Both the position numbers and the translations under genes were made by a program. Positions 1 through 12,197 of a stretch of 64,000 nt of DNA are shown here, piece after piece. Source of the DNA: Escherichia coli (lineage in GTDB: Bacteria > Pseudomonadota > Gammaproteobacteria > Enterobacterales > Enterobacteriaceae); the NCBI RefSeq assembly GCF_003334785.1, contig NZ_QOWV01000012.1. One strand, given 5' to 3'. The first letter of the stretch is position 1, and each line of letters opens with the position of its first letter. Below the pieces are notes generated by a model. That model searched no databases, was not told the DNA's origin, and saw nothing but the letters and a program-made list of their open reading frames with translations.

Positions 1-1
1 A

Positions 2-1303
2 GCGGCAGAGATCAAACGTAATTACGATATTTATCACAATGCGCTGGCGGAGCTGATCCAACTGTTAGGTGCAGGCAAAATCAACGAGTTCTTTGATCAG
101 CCGACTCAGGGATATCAGGACGGTTTCGAGAAGCAGTATGTGGCTTACATGGAACAAAACGATCGGCTCCATGATATCGCCGTCAGCGATAACAATGCCT
201 CCTACAGCCAGGCGATGTGGATTCTGGTGGGCGTGATGATCGTCGTACTGGCGGTCATCTTCGCCGTCTGGTTCGGTATTAAAGCCTCGCTGGTAGCGCC
301 AATGAATCGCCTGATTGACAGCATTCGTCATATTGCAGGCGGCGATCTGGTGAAACCGATTGAGGTGGATGGCTCTAATGAGATGGGGCAACTGGCAGAG
401 AGTTTGCGCCATATGCAGGGAGAGCTGATGCGTACCGTCGGTGATGTGCGCAACGGGGCCAATGCCATCTATAGCGGTGCCAGCGAAATCGCTACCGGCA
501 ATAACGATCTCTCTTCGCGCACCGAGCAACAGGCTGCTTCGCTGGAAGAGACGGCAGCCAGCATGGAGCAACTGACCGCAACGGTGAAACAGAACGCCGA
601 GAATGCGCGCCAGGCCAGCCACCTGGCGTTAAGTGCTTCTGAAACGGCGCAACGCGGCGGCAAAGTGGTAGATAACGTGGTGCAGACTATGCGTGATATC
701 TCCACCAGTTCGCAGAAAATCGCCGATATTATCAGCGTAATTGACGGCATTGCCTTCCAGACCAATATTCTGGCTTTGAACGCGGCGGTTGAAGCAGCGC
801 GTGCGGGTGAGCAAGGACGTGGTTTTGCGGTGGTTGCGGGAGAAGTGCGTAATCTGGCCCAGCGTAGCGCCCAGGCGGCTCGTGAAATTAAAAGCCTGAT
901 TGAAGACTCGGTGGGGAAAGTGGATGTTGGCTCTACGCTGGTCGAAAGCGCCGGGGAAACAATGGCGGAGATTGTCAGTGCTGTGACCCGCGTGACGGAC
1001 ATTATGGGCGAAATTGCTTCTGCTTCTGATGAGCAGAGCCGTGGTATCGATCAGGTTGGCTTAGCGGTTGCTGAGATGGACCGGGTAACTCAACAGAACG
1101 CCGCGCTGGTGGAAGAATCTGCCGCCGCCGCCGCCGCGCTGGAAGAGCAGGCCAGTCGCCTGACCGAAGCAGTGGCAGTGTTCCGGATTCAGCAACAGCA
1201 GCAACAGCAGCGTGAAACATCGGCTGTGGTAAAAAACGTGACGCCAGCTACGCCGCGTAAAATGGCAGTGGCAGATAGCGGGGAGAACTGGGAAACGTTT
1301 TAA
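2..1303 (+). CDS. tsr: Methyl-accepting chemotaxis protein I (serine chemoreceptor), 5' end cut by window edge; C-terminus ends NWETF
   Basis: In-frame translation from position 2 gives the MCP signalling domain and the C-terminal pentapeptide NWETF; listed ORF 140..1303 is the internal-Met part of the same frame. Confidence 0.9.
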   Translation, partial: AAEIKRNYDIYHNALAELIQLLGAGKINEFFDQPTQGYQDGFEKQYVAYMEQNDRLHDIAVSDNNASYSQAMWILVGVMIVVLAVIFAVWFGIKASLVAPMNRLIDSIRHIAGGDLVKPIEVDGSNEMGQLAESLRHMQGELMRTVGDVRNGANAIYSGASEIATGNNDLSSRTEQQAASLEETAASMEQLTATVKQNAENARQASHLALSASETAQRGGKVVDNVVQTMRDISTSSQKIADIISVIDGIAFQTNILALNAAVEAARAGEQGRGFAVVAGEVRNLAQRSAQAAREIKSLIEDSVGKVDVGSTLVESAGETMAEIVSAVTRVTDIMGEIASASDEQSRGIDQVGLAVAEMDRVTQQNAALVEESAAAAAALEEQASRLTEAVAVFRIQQQQQQQRETSAVVKNVTPATPRKMAVADSGENWETF

Positions 1304-1351
1304 TCGCCATAAAAATGCCCGATAAGCAAAATGTTATCGGGCATAGGGAGT

Positions 1352-2713
1352 TTAATCTTTACGCGGGTCGTTGATCGGCTGACGAACCAGGAAGATGTAC
1401 GCCAGTGCTCCCGCTGCGGTGACGCAACCGCAGATGATTAGTGCCAGACGGAATGAGTGGGTGGTATCAACAATAAAACCAGTAATGATCGGCGCAAAAG
1501 AGGCGCAGATGAAGCTGGCAAAGTTCTGGATACTGCCCACCGACGCCGTCATGCGAGAAGCAACTGCGACGTGGATCAAGCCCCAGCAGGATGTTCCGGC
1601 AAAGTGAATACAGAACAGTGCCATGCCAATCAGCAGAACCGCCGTCATGGATGTTGTCGCTTGCGGTACGACCAGCGTAAAGGCGGCAGAACAGAACATC
1701 CCGGCAATAATGCAGATCTTACGGCTTTTAATCGGAGCCATTCCCCCTTTGACCAGCCAGTCAGTAACGTAACCGTTGACCAGCATCCCGGCAGCCCCAA
1801 ACAGGAAAGGGATAGCCGCCATCAACCCTGTGCTTTTTAAATCCAGGTTATAGGCTGTTTGCAGGTAACCAGGAAGCCAGGCCAGATACAGCCACGCAGT
1901 GTAGTTGATGCCACTGAATCCGAGCATCATTCCCCACATTGTGCGGTTACGGAACAGGCTGCGCCATTCGGCAAAACTGAGCGGATCTCGGCGGGCATTG
2001 ACGCTACCTGCATTGAGATAAGCTTGTTCAACGGCAGTCAGTTCTACGTGCTCGCGGTTGCGATAGAGCATATACCAGCCAATGGCGAGAAAAATCCCCA
2101 GCACACCAATGGTAATAAACATCCCACGCCAGCCCATCACCAGCATCATCGCCGCCAGAATCGGTGGGCTTACGGCAACGCCAATGGTAGAAGCTGCGTT
2201 GAAGAAGCCCATCGGGCGTCCGCGCTCTTTGATGTTGAACCAGTCGTTAATGACTTTTACGCCACATGGGTTCATCGGCGCTTCACCAATCCCCATACCG
2301 ATACGCACCAACACGAACTGCGTAAAGCTGTGCACCATGCCAGACATGGCCTGGAACAGTGACCAGAAGAACATCCCCAGTCCCAGCATCAGGCGTGGGC
2401 CTTTACGATCCAATAGTGGGCCGCAAGGAAGTTGCGCAATCCCGTAAGCGAGTGAAAACACGGAGAGCAAAGCGCCGATTTCGGTGGCACTTAATCCCAA
2501 TTCTTCACGAATCGTTAAATTTGCTACCGACAGCGAACTGCGGTCGAGATAATTGATTACCGCCGCAAAAAATAATAACAACATGGCGGTGGTTTGAATG
2601 CGTTTAATTCGGGTACTGCGTTGAACTAATCCATCTGGTGGCACGGGAATATCTGCCGACGAAGATGGAGTAAATGAAGAACGCGGATCGAGGGTGATAT
2701 TTTCTTTTTCCAC
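1352..2713 (-). CDS. lgoT: MFS transporter, L-galactonate:H+ symporter
   Basis: 453-aa ORF with multi-TM MFS character, position next to tsr and the lgoR/lgoD pair as in E. coli. Confidence 0.85.
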   Translation of the reverse strand: MEKENITLDPRSSFTPSSSADIPVPPDGLVQRSTRIKRIQTTAMLLLFFAAVINYLDRSSLSVANLTIREELGLSATEIGALLSVFSLAYGIAQLPCGPLLDRKGPRLMLGLGMFFWSLFQAMSGMVHSFTQFVLVRIGMGIGEAPMNPCGVKVINDWFNIKERGRPMGFFNAASTIGVAVSPPILAAMMLVMGWRGMFITIGVLGIFLAIGWYMLYRNREHVELTAVEQAYLNAGSVNARRDPLSFAEWRSLFRNRTMWGMMLGFSGINYTAWLYLAWLPGYLQTAYNLDLKSTGLMAAIPFLFGAAGMLVNGYVTDWLVKGGMAPIKSRKICIIAGMFCSAAFTLVVPQATTSMTAVLLIGMALFCIHFAGTSCWGLIHVAVASRMTASVGSIQNFASFICASFAPIITGFIVDTTHSFRLALIICGCVTAAGALAYIFLVRQPINDPRKD

Positions 2714-2927
2714 GCCGGACTCCTGTATTTATAATTTTAATTGTTTACGTAATTGTGCATTACGCAAGGTTGACATTAACGGCAGGTTAAAGTTTTAGGA
2801 CTTTACTACCGCTCACAAAAACATTTTTAGTCGACTGATTGTGAGCATAGGTAAGCGGGAATTTCCCGGTATTTATCTTTTGATAAAACCGTGCACCCGC
2901 TAATAGTTTGCTGTTTTTAATCCGTAC

Positions 2928-3842
2928 TTAATGAGCATAACGCGTGTTCTCATTAATGGATCGAATCATTGATTGTTTAGCTGAATTCAAATGGTTACGG
3001 AGCGCAAGGGTGGCATCAAGGTCACTGCGGCAAATCAGAGCGCTGAGAATGGTCATATGCTCATCGACGGCAATGATATTGCGCTGTTTAAGATCGCTTT
3101 CGTCCCATTGATAGTGAAAATGAAAGATGACTGAGATGATCTCAAGAGATTGATCAAAAAAGATATTGTCGGCAGCTGAAAGCAGTAAGGAGTGAAAATC
3201 TCTGTCAAGTTGCGAGAACATGCGAAAGCTATTGCCGATGTTGTCACGCAGTAGCCGATGACGTTCGAGCATGGTTTTCGCCTGCAGCCAGCGGGGATCA
3301 TGATCAGGCAGGTTGAGAAAGTGCTGAAGTGAATGTGTTTCGAGCATTTCGCGTAGTTCAAACAGCTGCTCGGCGTAGGATTGATCGAATTGCTTCATGC
3401 TCCACTGGCCGCGCTTTTCGCTTTGAATAAGATTATAACGGCCGAATTTTAAAAGATATTCTCTTACTACAACCGGGCTGACACCCGCGGCCCGAGCCAG
3501 TTGCAGTTCAGAAAAAGTTTCCCCAGGGCGTAACTGGCGCTGGTTTATCATCGTGAAAAAAGCCTGCTCAAACACTTTGTTTTGTTCACTCATTGAAGCG
3601 GTAGTACAGGCGAAACCGTCATCATGGTCAGGTTTACGCGCAATCACATAGTCGTTTCCAACCTGCGTTAAGACGCCGCATTCGCGTAAGTGGCTGAGAA
3701 TATGACGCACTGTAGTGCGGCTGATGTTGTACATTTCCGCCAGCGCACTTTGCGATGGAAGTGGGGAAGGGATATGACCCCGCGCCATATCATCAATGAC
3801 CTGGTTAATCACATTGTGGCGTAAATTTTGTGAACGACTCAT
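2928..3842 (-). CDS. lgoR: GntR/FadR-family transcriptional regulator of L-galactonate catabolism
   Basis: 304-aa ORF with N-terminal GntR-type HTH (YNISRTTVRHIL), conserved synteny. Confidence 0.85.
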   Translation of the reverse strand: MSRSQNLRHNVINQVIDDMARGHIPSPLPSQSALAEMYNISRTTVRHILSHLRECGVLTQVGNDYVIARKPDHDDGFACTTASMSEQNKVFEQAFFTMINQRQLRPGETFSELQLARAAGVSPVVVREYLLKFGRYNLIQSEKRGQWSMKQFDQSYAEQLFELREMLETHSLQHFLNLPDHDPRWLQAKTMLERHRLLRDNIGNSFRMFSQLDRDFHSLLLSAADNIFFDQSLEIISVIFHFHYQWDESDLKQRNIIAVDEHMTILSALICRSDLDATLALRNHLNSAKQSMIRSINENTRYAH

Positions 3843-3980
3843 ATTTTCCTCCTTGTGAGTCCATTAAAACCCGATTTAAAACATTTTTATGCGTGTGTTT
3901 TCACAAAACAGATTTTCCGTTCCGCTGCCATTTTTCATTTTCATTGATATCTAAGGCAACAAAAAATGGAGAGCCGAATC

Positions 3981-5003
3981 ATGTCTACGATGAATGTTTT
4001 AATTTGCCAGCAGCCGAAAGAATTAGTCTGGAAACAACGCGAGATACCTATTCCGGGTGACAATGAAGCATTAATAAAAATTAAGTCTGTCGGGATTTGC
4101 GGTACCGATATTCATGCCTGGGGTGGAAATCAACCATTTTTTAGTTATCCACGTGTTTTAGGCCATGAAATATGTGGGGAGATTGTTGGGCTGGGTAAAA
4201 ATATTGCTGATCTTAAAAATGGTCAGCAAGTTGCTGTGATCCCTTATGTTGCCTGTCAGCAATGCCCGGCGTGTAAAAGCGGGCGTACCAATTGCTGTGA
4301 AAAAATTTCAGTCATTGGCGTGCATCAGGATGGCGGTTTTAGTGAGTATTTGAGCGTGCCGGTGGCGAACATTTTGCCCGCAGACGGTATTGACCCGCAG
4401 GCGGCCGCATTGATTGAACCTTTCGCTATTAGCGCTCATGCGGTGCGTCGCGCAGCCATTGCTCCCGGCGAGCAGGTGCTGGTGGTCGGGGCGGGGCCAA
4501 TCGGTCTGGGCGCGGCGGCAATCGCTAAAGCTGATGGCGCACAGGTGGTGGTGGCGGATACCAGTCCAGCGCGCCGTGAACATGTGGCAACGCGTCTGGA
4601 GTTGCCCGTGCTGGACCCGTCAGCCGAAGATTTTGACGCGCAGCTGCGGGCGCAGTTTGGTGGTTCGCTGGCGCAGAAAGTGATCGACGCGACAGGTAAT
4701 CAACATGCGATGAATAACACCGTGAATTTGATTCGTCACGGCGGCACGGTGGTATTTGTCGGCCTGTTTAAAGGTGAGTTGCAGTTCTCCGATCCGGAAT
4801 TCCATAAAAAAGAAACGACGATGATGGGTAGCCGCAACGCCACGCCGGAAGATTTTGCTAAAGTCGGTCGACTGATGGCGGAAGGAAAAATCACTGCTGA
4901 CATGATGTTAACCCATCGCTATCCGTTCGCCACGCTGGCAGAAACCTACGAGCGCGATGTGATTAACAATCGTGAGTTGATTAAGGGTGTAATTACTTTC
5001 TGA
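3981..5003 (+). CDS. lgoD: Zn-dependent medium-chain dehydrogenase, L-galactonate 5-dehydrogenase
   Basis: GHE..G zinc-ADH motif and GxGxxG NAD fold (VVGAGPIGLG); start chosen at MSTMNVL giving 340 aa. Confidence 0.85.
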   Translation: MSTMNVLICQQPKELVWKQREIPIPGDNEALIKIKSVGICGTDIHAWGGNQPFFSYPRVLGHEICGEIVGLGKNIADLKNGQQVAVIPYVACQQCPACKSGRTNCCEKISVIGVHQDGGFSEYLSVPVANILPADGIDPQAAALIEPFAISAHAVRRAAIAPGEQVLVVGAGPIGLGAAAIAKADGAQVVVADTSPARREHVATRLELPVLDPSAEDFDAQLRAQFGGSLAQKVIDATGNQHAMNNTVNLIRHGGTVVFVGLFKGELQFSDPEFHKKETTMMGSRNATPEDFAKVGRLMAEGKITADMMLTHRYPFATLAETYERDVINNRELIKGVITF

Positions 5004-5142
5004 TAAGGCGAGATTATTAAAGTTGCCATGCAGCGTCCGGGGAAGTGTTGGGCGCTGTTTTTTTTCTGTTTCTCAATGATGTTTTGTAGGCCGGAGAAGA
5101 TGTGTAGGTCGCACCTTATGCGACCTACACATCAGTCAGAAA

Positions 5143-7434
5143 TTACCCTTCACGTTCCACAACTTTAATTTCCACCATGCCGATCCCGAGCTTACGCGGC
5201 GAGTGTCCGAGGATATTCCCTTCGTTGGTTGAGACAGGTTCCGGCGGCACAATTACCAGTGTGTCGGCATCGGTTGGGTTATCGAAATGCAGTGTGGTGG
5301 TGGTCACTTCATTGCCCAGCACAAGAGTTTGTTCTTCATTGCCTACGCGTACCGGAATAGGACGGCTGGCGTTATTGCCGTATGCTTTGGCGGTAATCAC
5401 CAGGTCAAATTTCTTCGGCAGCGGATGCTTGTACTCGATTTTTACTTCATCGCCCAGCTGCGCGTTGGACCAGCGGCCCCACGACTCTGGACGGGAAATC
5501 CCACTAAACTGTTTCACCTCTTCTGGCGCACCGGCGACGTTGAAGATGAAACTGTCGGCTTTGTAGCGAATATCGTTATCAACAATTTTCAGCGTATCGA
5601 CATTGCCTTTATAACGCGCCATGTCGATGACCGTATCTTTAAATGCCGTTTTGCCCTGCCATGTTGTTTTGTCAACATGCTGAACAATTTGCTGACCGCC
5701 AAGCTGCCCTTGCGAGACACACCAGTCGGTGGAGAGTGCCAGTTCCGGAGCCCAGAGTTGTGCCATCTTATAGCAACGGTCAACCCAGACGAAATTGTCG
5801 CGTGGAGCGAAATCGGCCAGCTGGAAACGCAGCGGTGCTGAGTATTCGCTTTCCGGCAGCGGTTCCACGCGTTTGTCTGAAACCCGCAACAGCAGCGGCA
5901 AACGGAAATGGCTACCCGAGAAGGCAATTATGTTTTTCTGCTGGTCGATGGTGAACTCTTTCATCTCTTTAGGGAATTTCCACAGGCGGATGATATCCGG
6001 CTTCCACGCCAATGTTTTCTCTTTGATATTGAGGAAGATTTCCGACATTGACTGCCCGGATAAACTGCTACGACCAAGTCCGAGATAGTTATCGCCACCG
6101 AGAATGTCCAGCACCGTCGCGCCGTTATCCATCGTGTTACGCTTCACTGCCAGCGTCTCTTGCTGCGGCTTGTCGCCACGAATGACAAAAAACAGGTTAT
6201 TGCGATCCTGCTTATTGAGGTATTTCCACGCCGTGTTGTTCATCGCTAAATGGTCAGAAGAGACGACGATGACGGTATCTTTAAACCACGGTGACGCTTT
6301 GATTTTGTTGATAAACGCCGCGATATTCTCCTGGCTGCAACTTACCGCGCTGAATGACTGGTTCGGCTTACCGTCAAGATCATATTTTTTGCGGTTACAG
6401 GTACGCGAGATAAAACCATCCGGGTGATGGGTATCGACTGTCAGGGTAAACAGTGAGAATCGCTGACCTGAGCGGGAAAGCTCTTCAAACTTTTTCCACG
6501 CTTCATCGAGAACGGTATCGTCGTAGAATCCCCAGTCGTTGCGATAGTGCGGGTCGGCCACCACGCTTTTCAGCTCTTCTGAGCCGTATAAGTGGTCGAA
6601 GCCATGCGACTTCAGGAACACATCTTTACCGGCAAAACGCAGATTCGCGCCCTGCACGAAATAGTTCTGATAACCCGAGTTTTTCAGGATATCGCCCAGA
6701 CAGATGTTCTGCGGGAAGAAGCTGGAGACAGAGGCGGAGGCGTTGCCTTCAAAGGGGGCAAACAGCGGTATGCCGCACTGAGAAGCCACCATGCCCGCAA
6801 TCGTGTAATCCGTTCCTGGCAGCTGCTGCGTGTGGCTGAAATCCAGGCCTTCATTTTTCAACGCGCCCAGTTCAGGCGTGAGATCCGGGAAAGCTTCGTT
6901 ATCAAAATAGGTCCGCTCGAGACTTTCGCCGTAGATATAAACCAGGTTGAGTTTCGGGTCAGGGATAGTTTTCGACGGCTCTTTATAATAAGCCGCAAAG
7001 TCCGGGTCGCCATCGCGTGACTGGGATTTCACCAGTTCCGTTATCTGACGAAATGCCGGGCTGGCGTCCACCGAACCCAGCGCCAGTAAGAGCGCCAGCA
7101 GGCTGTAACCAAAATGGTGCGGATGATGGCGACGACGGCGCAGGATCCAGCCCAGCGCACCGAACACCGCTGTCAGCCCCAGCACAATGCCGATACCCGG
7201 CAGGATGTATTTGCTGACGCCAGCACCGGTCAGGCTGTTGGTTAAGGTATAGAGAACCGCGTCGTTAATACCAGCGCCAGTAAAATAGTCGCTGGCAAAC
7301 AGGGTGATATTTAAAACGACAAATAGCCCCAGCACCGTTAATGTGGCTGCAAACCACCAGGTGTTACGTCCCGCTTTCCATGCGTAAATCAGCACAGAGG
7401 CGAGAAAAAGGGCGAAAGAGAGTAGTTCTGACAA
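5143..7434 (-). CDS. opgB: Phosphoglycerol transferase I (osmoregulated periplasmic glucan biosynthesis)
   Basis: 763-aa ORF, N-terminal TM segments plus sulfatase-like domain, matches OpgB/MdoB. Confidence 0.9.
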   Translation of the reverse strand: MSELLSFALFLASVLIYAWKAGRNTWWFAATLTVLGLFVVLNITLFASDYFTGAGINDAVLYTLTNSLTGAGVSKYILPGIGIVLGLTAVFGALGWILRRRRHHPHHFGYSLLALLLALGSVDASPAFRQITELVKSQSRDGDPDFAAYYKEPSKTIPDPKLNLVYIYGESLERTYFDNEAFPDLTPELGALKNEGLDFSHTQQLPGTDYTIAGMVASQCGIPLFAPFEGNASASVSSFFPQNICLGDILKNSGYQNYFVQGANLRFAGKDVFLKSHGFDHLYGSEELKSVVADPHYRNDWGFYDDTVLDEAWKKFEELSRSGQRFSLFTLTVDTHHPDGFISRTCNRKKYDLDGKPNQSFSAVSCSQENIAAFINKIKASPWFKDTVIVVSSDHLAMNNTAWKYLNKQDRNNLFFVIRGDKPQQETLAVKRNTMDNGATVLDILGGDNYLGLGRSSLSGQSMSEIFLNIKEKTLAWKPDIIRLWKFPKEMKEFTIDQQKNIIAFSGSHFRLPLLLRVSDKRVEPLPESEYSAPLRFQLADFAPRDNFVWVDRCYKMAQLWAPELALSTDWCVSQGQLGGQQIVQHVDKTTWQGKTAFKDTVIDMARYKGNVDTLKIVDNDIRYKADSFIFNVAGAPEEVKQFSGISRPESWGRWSNAQLGDEVKIEYKHPLPKKFDLVITAKAYGNNASRPIPVRVGNEEQTLVLGNEVTTTTLHFDNPTDADTLVIVPPEPVSTNEGNILGHSPRKLGIGMVEIKVVEREG

Positions 7435-7687
7435 CGGGCGATCCTCACTAAACCGGGCCGTTTAGCCAACGTTTAAGCTTTTTGAGAAGCACAATGTAAT
7501 GGCGTCGCCATATTGCTGCAATTCTAGTGTCAAAAAAATGCGATGTTGTTAGGAATTAGTTTATAAACAGACTTTTTTGATCGCGGTCGCTTCCCGTGTA
7601 ACAGGGGGAAAACCGTCCAGGAGCAGGGAAAAGGGCAGGAGAGAGCCGCGTCAGCCGGGTAACAGCTAAAACGCGGCGTTTCGCGGT

Positions 7688-8182
7688 TCAGGAAATGAAG
7701 TTCAGCCCCTGCTTTAACACCAGATCGCAGGCTTTGGTTTTCACCTTTTCTGCCAGCGGAGTCGTTCCGATGTTATCCAGATTGAGTTGCTGACCATCTT
7801 TGGTTTTCAGCAAACCCTGAATGCCATCCAGATAGTTGGTGTCTTCTTTTTGTTCTTCACTGTTCAGGCCCAGCTTTTCCAGCACCTGGTTCTTGATGTT
7901 TTCGGCATCGGTTACCGACGCCAGCTTTTGCTTCGCGCAGTATTGCAGAATGCCTGCGGCGTTGTTCATGTTATCTGCGCTTAAGGCCTGGTTCCCGCTG
8001 CTAAGCAAGTTAGTTAATGACGCGAGCGACCAACCGCCTTCCTGTGTCGTGCTGTTTTGGTTGCCAAGTTCGCTGGCGGCGCTGGAGAGCGCATCTTTCC
8101 AGGACGCAGCATGCACCCCAGTGGAAATTAATGCGCTGGCGGCAATGGCACAGCACAGAAGATGTTTAACAGTTTTCATCAT
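7688..8182 (-). CDS. yjjA: DUF2501 periplasmic protein with signal peptide
   Basis: 164-aa ORF with cleavable signal peptide, located upstream of dnaC-dnaT as in E. coli. Confidence 0.8.
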   Translation of the reverse strand: MMKTVKHLLCCAIAASALISTGVHAASWKDALSSAASELGNQNSTTQEGGWSLASLTNLLSSGNQALSADNMNNAAGILQYCAKQKLASVTDAENIKNQVLEKLGLNSEEQKEDTNYLDGIQGLLKTKDGQQLNLDNIGTTPLAEKVKTKACDLVLKQGLNFIS

Positions 8183-8230
8183 CATTACTCAAGGTGGAAT
8201 TGTGTCGCAGTATACCGCCAGAAACGGGGA

Positions 8231-8968
8231 TTAATACTCTTTACCTGTTACCCGGCTACGGTAGCTATCCCAGTTGAAGATCACCCACAAACTGTTACCC
8301 AGGCGCATACGGTCCATCACGCGTTCGCCCAGCAACTTGGTCATCTCTTCCATATTACTGTTGGTCAGCATCCCGGTTGGGCGTTTGGAAGAAGAGCGGC
8401 GATCGACGATCTGGTTGATGATCACTTTTTCGTATTTCGATTCGGTCTGCACGCCGATCTCATCGATCACCAGCAGATCAACGTTGCTCAGATCGTTAAG
8501 CAGTTGTTCTTCGCTGGTACCGCTATTCCTGAAGGTATCTTTCATCGCCGACATAATATCGGCCACGGTGATGATCAATACGGATTTACCGCGTAGCAGC
8601 AGCTCGTTGCAGATTGCCGCCGCCAGATGGTTTTTGCCGGTTCCTGGCTTACCAGAAAAGATGAAGCTGGCGATGTTGCCGTCAAACTCTTCGACATACT
8701 GGCGCGCTTTGCTTAACGCATTCATCTGCCCTTCACACTCAACGCGATAGTTCTCAAAGGAGCAGTTCTGATGCAGTGGACGAATACCGGAGCGGTTAAA
8801 GGTGCGCTGCATTTTCATCGCCCGATTTTCACGTTCGAGAGCGGCGGAGCGGATCGCCCCTTGTTCTTTCTGCCAGGCCAGTAGCTCTTCACCCGTTTTG
8901 AATGCAGGTTTGATATGGGCAGGCATCATTTTTTGCAGGCGTTGCATCAGGTCGCCAACGTTTTTCAT
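8231..8968 (-). CDS. dnaC: DNA replication helicase loader DnaC
   Basis: 245 aa, Walker A GKPGTGKNHL, sequence matches DnaC. Confidence 0.95.
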   Translation of the reverse strand: MKNVGDLMQRLQKMMPAHIKPAFKTGEELLAWQKEQGAIRSAALERENRAMKMQRTFNRSGIRPLHQNCSFENYRVECEGQMNALSKARQYVEEFDGNIASFIFSGKPGTGKNHLAAAICNELLLRGKSVLIITVADIMSAMKDTFRNSGTSEEQLLNDLSNVDLLVIDEIGVQTESKYEKVIINQIVDRRSSSKRPTGMLTNSNMEEMTKLLGERVMDRMRLGNSLWVIFNWDSYRSRVTGKEY

Positions 8969-8970
8969 CG

Positions 8971-9510
8971 TTACCCTCTGAATCCTGGTGGAATTTGGCT
9001 GTCAGGTTCGCTGACCGTATTCACATCTCGTTTCGGCAGTCCGCCGTTGCTGGCACGACCGATTTGCAGGCTGCGCGCCAGTTTTTGTTGCCACTGCACA
9101 TGGTGAAAGACTTTACCTTCCGCCTGCCAGTAGGCAATGAATGAGGCCAGTTCTTCGGTGGTCACCGGCTCTCTTAGCGCCACGCCCCATAGCGCCGCCA
9201 GGCGGATAAAGTCGGCATCGGGTTGCCAGTCCGGATACATGGCGAATTTCCCCATGGGGACAGCAACGGGAGCGGCTTGCGGTTCCTGATAGAGTTGATC
9301 GTCCAGAGCGACATCGCTTCCCGGACGCGCCAGCTTTTCTTCCAGCGCCAGCAGTTCAGCCAGGCGTGCAGGCGTGACGGCATAAAACGCCGGGGCATTG
9401 TTAGCAAATACGGCAACCACACCGCCTTCAGCTTTTGCCAGAACGGTTTGGTGATCGTGTACCAGGGCGTCAATACCAACGACGTCCGGGGTCAAAACTC
9501 TGGAAGACAT
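8971..9510 (-). CDS. dnaT: Primosomal protein DnaT
   Basis: 179 aa starting MSSRVLT, immediately upstream of dnaC with 2-bp gap (operon). Confidence 0.9.
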
Positions 9511-9616
9511 ACTGTTTCTCAAATATGGAACGATGAACGAGAAGGGAGATAACTTTTATAGTAACACACGGAGGAGAGGAGGCTGTCTCTCATCCGTGTG
9601 CTTAAGCGAGGCAATT

Positions 9617-10090
9617 TTATACGCGAGGGCGCTTGCGGTACAACCATAATCCAGGAATGGAAAGACCGATGGATAACGCACCAACAATCGATGAAGCTGT
9701 AAGAAAGTTGGTTAACAGGGTAATCATCAACGGTTCGCTGTAACCTAACTGGCTGATTTTTACCGCCGAAATCATTGCGGTATAAGCCGATATGCCCGGG
9801 AACATAGGGATAACGGCCGCCACGGTAAACACTTTCGGATGCGCCAGATACCAGCGCGACCATTGAATACCAATGGTGCCGACCAGCATAGAAGCCATAA
9901 AAGTTGACCACTCAATATTCAGCCCGCTGGTCATTAAGATCATTCGTGAACCATGGCCAATCGCGCCAAGCAGCGCACACCAGCGTAACGCCCGCACGGG
10001 AACGTTGAACACCATCGCAAAGCCGACCGCTGGAATGGCGGCGAGGATCATATCCTGCGCCAATGCAAACAGAAACTCGATCACACCCAT
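9617..10090 (-). CDS. yjjB: ThrE-family membrane protein, C-terminal-type half (YjjB)
   Basis: 157-aa hydrophobic ORF overlapping yjjP stop by 10 bp. Confidence 0.8.
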   Translation of the reverse strand: MGVIEFLFALAQDMILAAIPAVGFAMVFNVPVRALRWCALLGAIGHGSRMILMTSGLNIEWSTFMASMLVGTIGIQWSRWYLAHPKVFTVAAVIPMFPGISAYTAMISAVKISQLGYSEPLMITLLTNFLTASSIVGALSIGLSIPGLWLYRKRPRV

Positions 10091-10851
10091 CCGCGTAGCC
10101 CCCAAATCGTCAGTGCCATCACTACGCCGACGCAGGTAGCCAGCGTCAGCAGACTGGCGATCGCCCAGCGTGCCAGTCCGGTATTGATGTGGCCTTTAAA
10201 CATATCGGCGACGGCATTAATCAACGGAAAGCCCGGCACCAGCAGCAGAACGCTGGCGGCCATCGCAATGGTGGGTGTATCGCTGAAAGTGGGGAGTTGC
10301 AAAAGCAATCCGGAAATGGTGGTGGCGGCGAAAGCGGTAAGGCAAAAGTTGATCTGTGGATGAAGATGACGTTGTGCCAGCAGCTGGCGGATATACATCG
10401 CGGTCGTACTGGCAAAGAAGGTGATGACGGCACCATCCCAGCCACCGTTATTGAGTTTACAGAAACAGGCGCAAGAAAGGCCAACCATTAAGGCTACCAG
10501 CCATCTTGGGTAACGTAATGGCTGAATTTGGCTAAATCGTTTCTCTACGCCTTTGTAATCCAGCAGATGATGCTCCGCAAGAATCACAATGTGCTGGACT
10601 TCAGTCACCACATGCATATTAATGCCGCGATCGTGATTTTTTCGTGTCGATGTCAGGCATTGCCCATCTTTAATAGTTGTCAGCACTATGGCGTTCGAAG
10701 AGATAGAACTTTCGACGCTGTCCATTCCCAACGCCCGACCCAGTCGTGAGGAAAGCTCATCAACCAACGCGCTTTCCGCACCATGTTGCAAAAGAAATAA
10801 TCCACACTGGATACAAAGCCGCGTTACGGCTCGCTGTTGCTCAGTTTGCAT
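10081..10851 (-). CDS. yjjP: ThrE-family inner membrane protein (YjjP)
   Basis: Start chosen at MQTEQQRAV giving 256 aa; multi-TM. Confidence 0.8.
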   Translation of the reverse strand: MQTEQQRAVTRLCIQCGLFLLQHGAESALVDELSSRLGRALGMDSVESSISSNAIVLTTIKDGQCLTSTRKNHDRGINMHVVTEVQHIVILAEHHLLDYKGVEKRFSQIQPLRYPRWLVALMVGLSCACFCKLNNGGWDGAVITFFASTTAMYIRQLLAQRHLHPQINFCLTAFAATTISGLLLQLPTFSDTPTIAMAASVLLLVPGFPLINAVADMFKGHINTGLARWAIASLLTLATCVGVVMALTIWGLRGWV

Positions 10852-11471
10852 AACTCGCCCTTTGTCATAGACGTGCTGCGTATTGTTCAGATAATGAGAA
10901 TCCATTTGTATCATGAAGCACGGTTGTTTTGCGGTAGGTTAAGATCAAAATTGCGCTGATTAATCCTGGTTATCGGGACAAGCTCGGTGATAAAAAGCGA
11001 ATTATCTCTCGCCGCAAACAAACTATCACATGAATATTATCACTATAATGAATTTATTGTTTTAGCCTTTACGGGTCAGGATAATAGATAGCTGGGCGCG
11101 TTTTTTAGTGTTAACAAGTTAAAATCATCAGATTTTATTGAATAAATATTGATTGTGTGATTCCCGCATTCTGCGGGAAGGGATATCATTTAATTATAAA
11201 TTAAATGAATGTGATTTCTGTTTTTCATTAAGTATTCCTAACAACTTAATGTAGATATTTTAAATGTCTCCAGGCTATTTCACCAGGTTATCATTTGATG
11301 CTAACCTTCTGACACATGCAGTGGAGTTGTTGTGCAGCAGGAGTATGCTGATATGAAAGTGAATGCTAAGGATAATTTATTCGCTTAATCTATTAATTTG
11401 CTGGAAACATTTAAGGAATGAATATCCTGAATAAACCATCATAATTTTTAGACAGTGGATGTGGAGGAAAT

Positions 11472-12197
11472 ATGTTGCCAGGATGCTGCAAAAATGGAAT
11501 TGTTATCAGTAAAATACCTGTTATGCAAGCAGGGTTAAAAGAGGTCATGAGGACTCACTTCCCTGAATATGAAATAATATCCAGCGCCTCTGCGGAGGAC
11601 CTTACCTTATTACAATTACGTCGTTCCGGATTAGTCATTGCTGATTTAGCCGGTGAAAGTGAAGATCCACGTTCTGTTTGTGAACATTATTATTCTTTAA
11701 TCTCACAATATCGGGAAATTCACTGGGTTTTCATGGTGTCACGCTCCTGGTATTCCCAGGCAGTAGAACTGCTCATGTGCCCTACGGCGACGTTATTGTC
11801 TGATGTTGAACCCATTGAGAATCTGGTCAAGACCGTACGTTCCGGCAATACGCACGCAGAGCGTATCAGCGCCATGCTGACCTCTCCGGCAATGACTGAA
11901 ACTCATGATTTTAGCTATCGCTCCGTCATTCTCACTCTTTCAGAGCGCAAGGTACTGCGGCTATTAGGTAAAGGATGGGGCATCAACCAGATAGCTTCAT
12001 TGCTTAAGAAAAGTAATAAAACTATCAGCGCCCAAAAAAACAGTGCGATGCGTCGACTGGCAATTCACAGCAACGCTGAAATGTATGCATGGATAAATAG
12101 CGCGCAGGGTGCAAGAGAACTTAACTTGCCTTCTGTTTATGGAGATGCCGCAGAATGGAACACAGCCGAATTAAGAAGAGAAATGTCGCACTCATAG
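11472..12197 (+). CDS. yjjQ: LuxR/FixJ-family transcriptional regulator
   Basis: 241 aa with C-terminal LuxR-type HTH; preceded by a long AT-rich region. Confidence 0.85.

Noticed and set aside
65-1002. Antisense ORFs opposite tsr (65..622 and 469..1002)
   Set aside because: Overlap the tsr signalling domain on the opposite strand; Ala/Ser-rich low-complexity translations.
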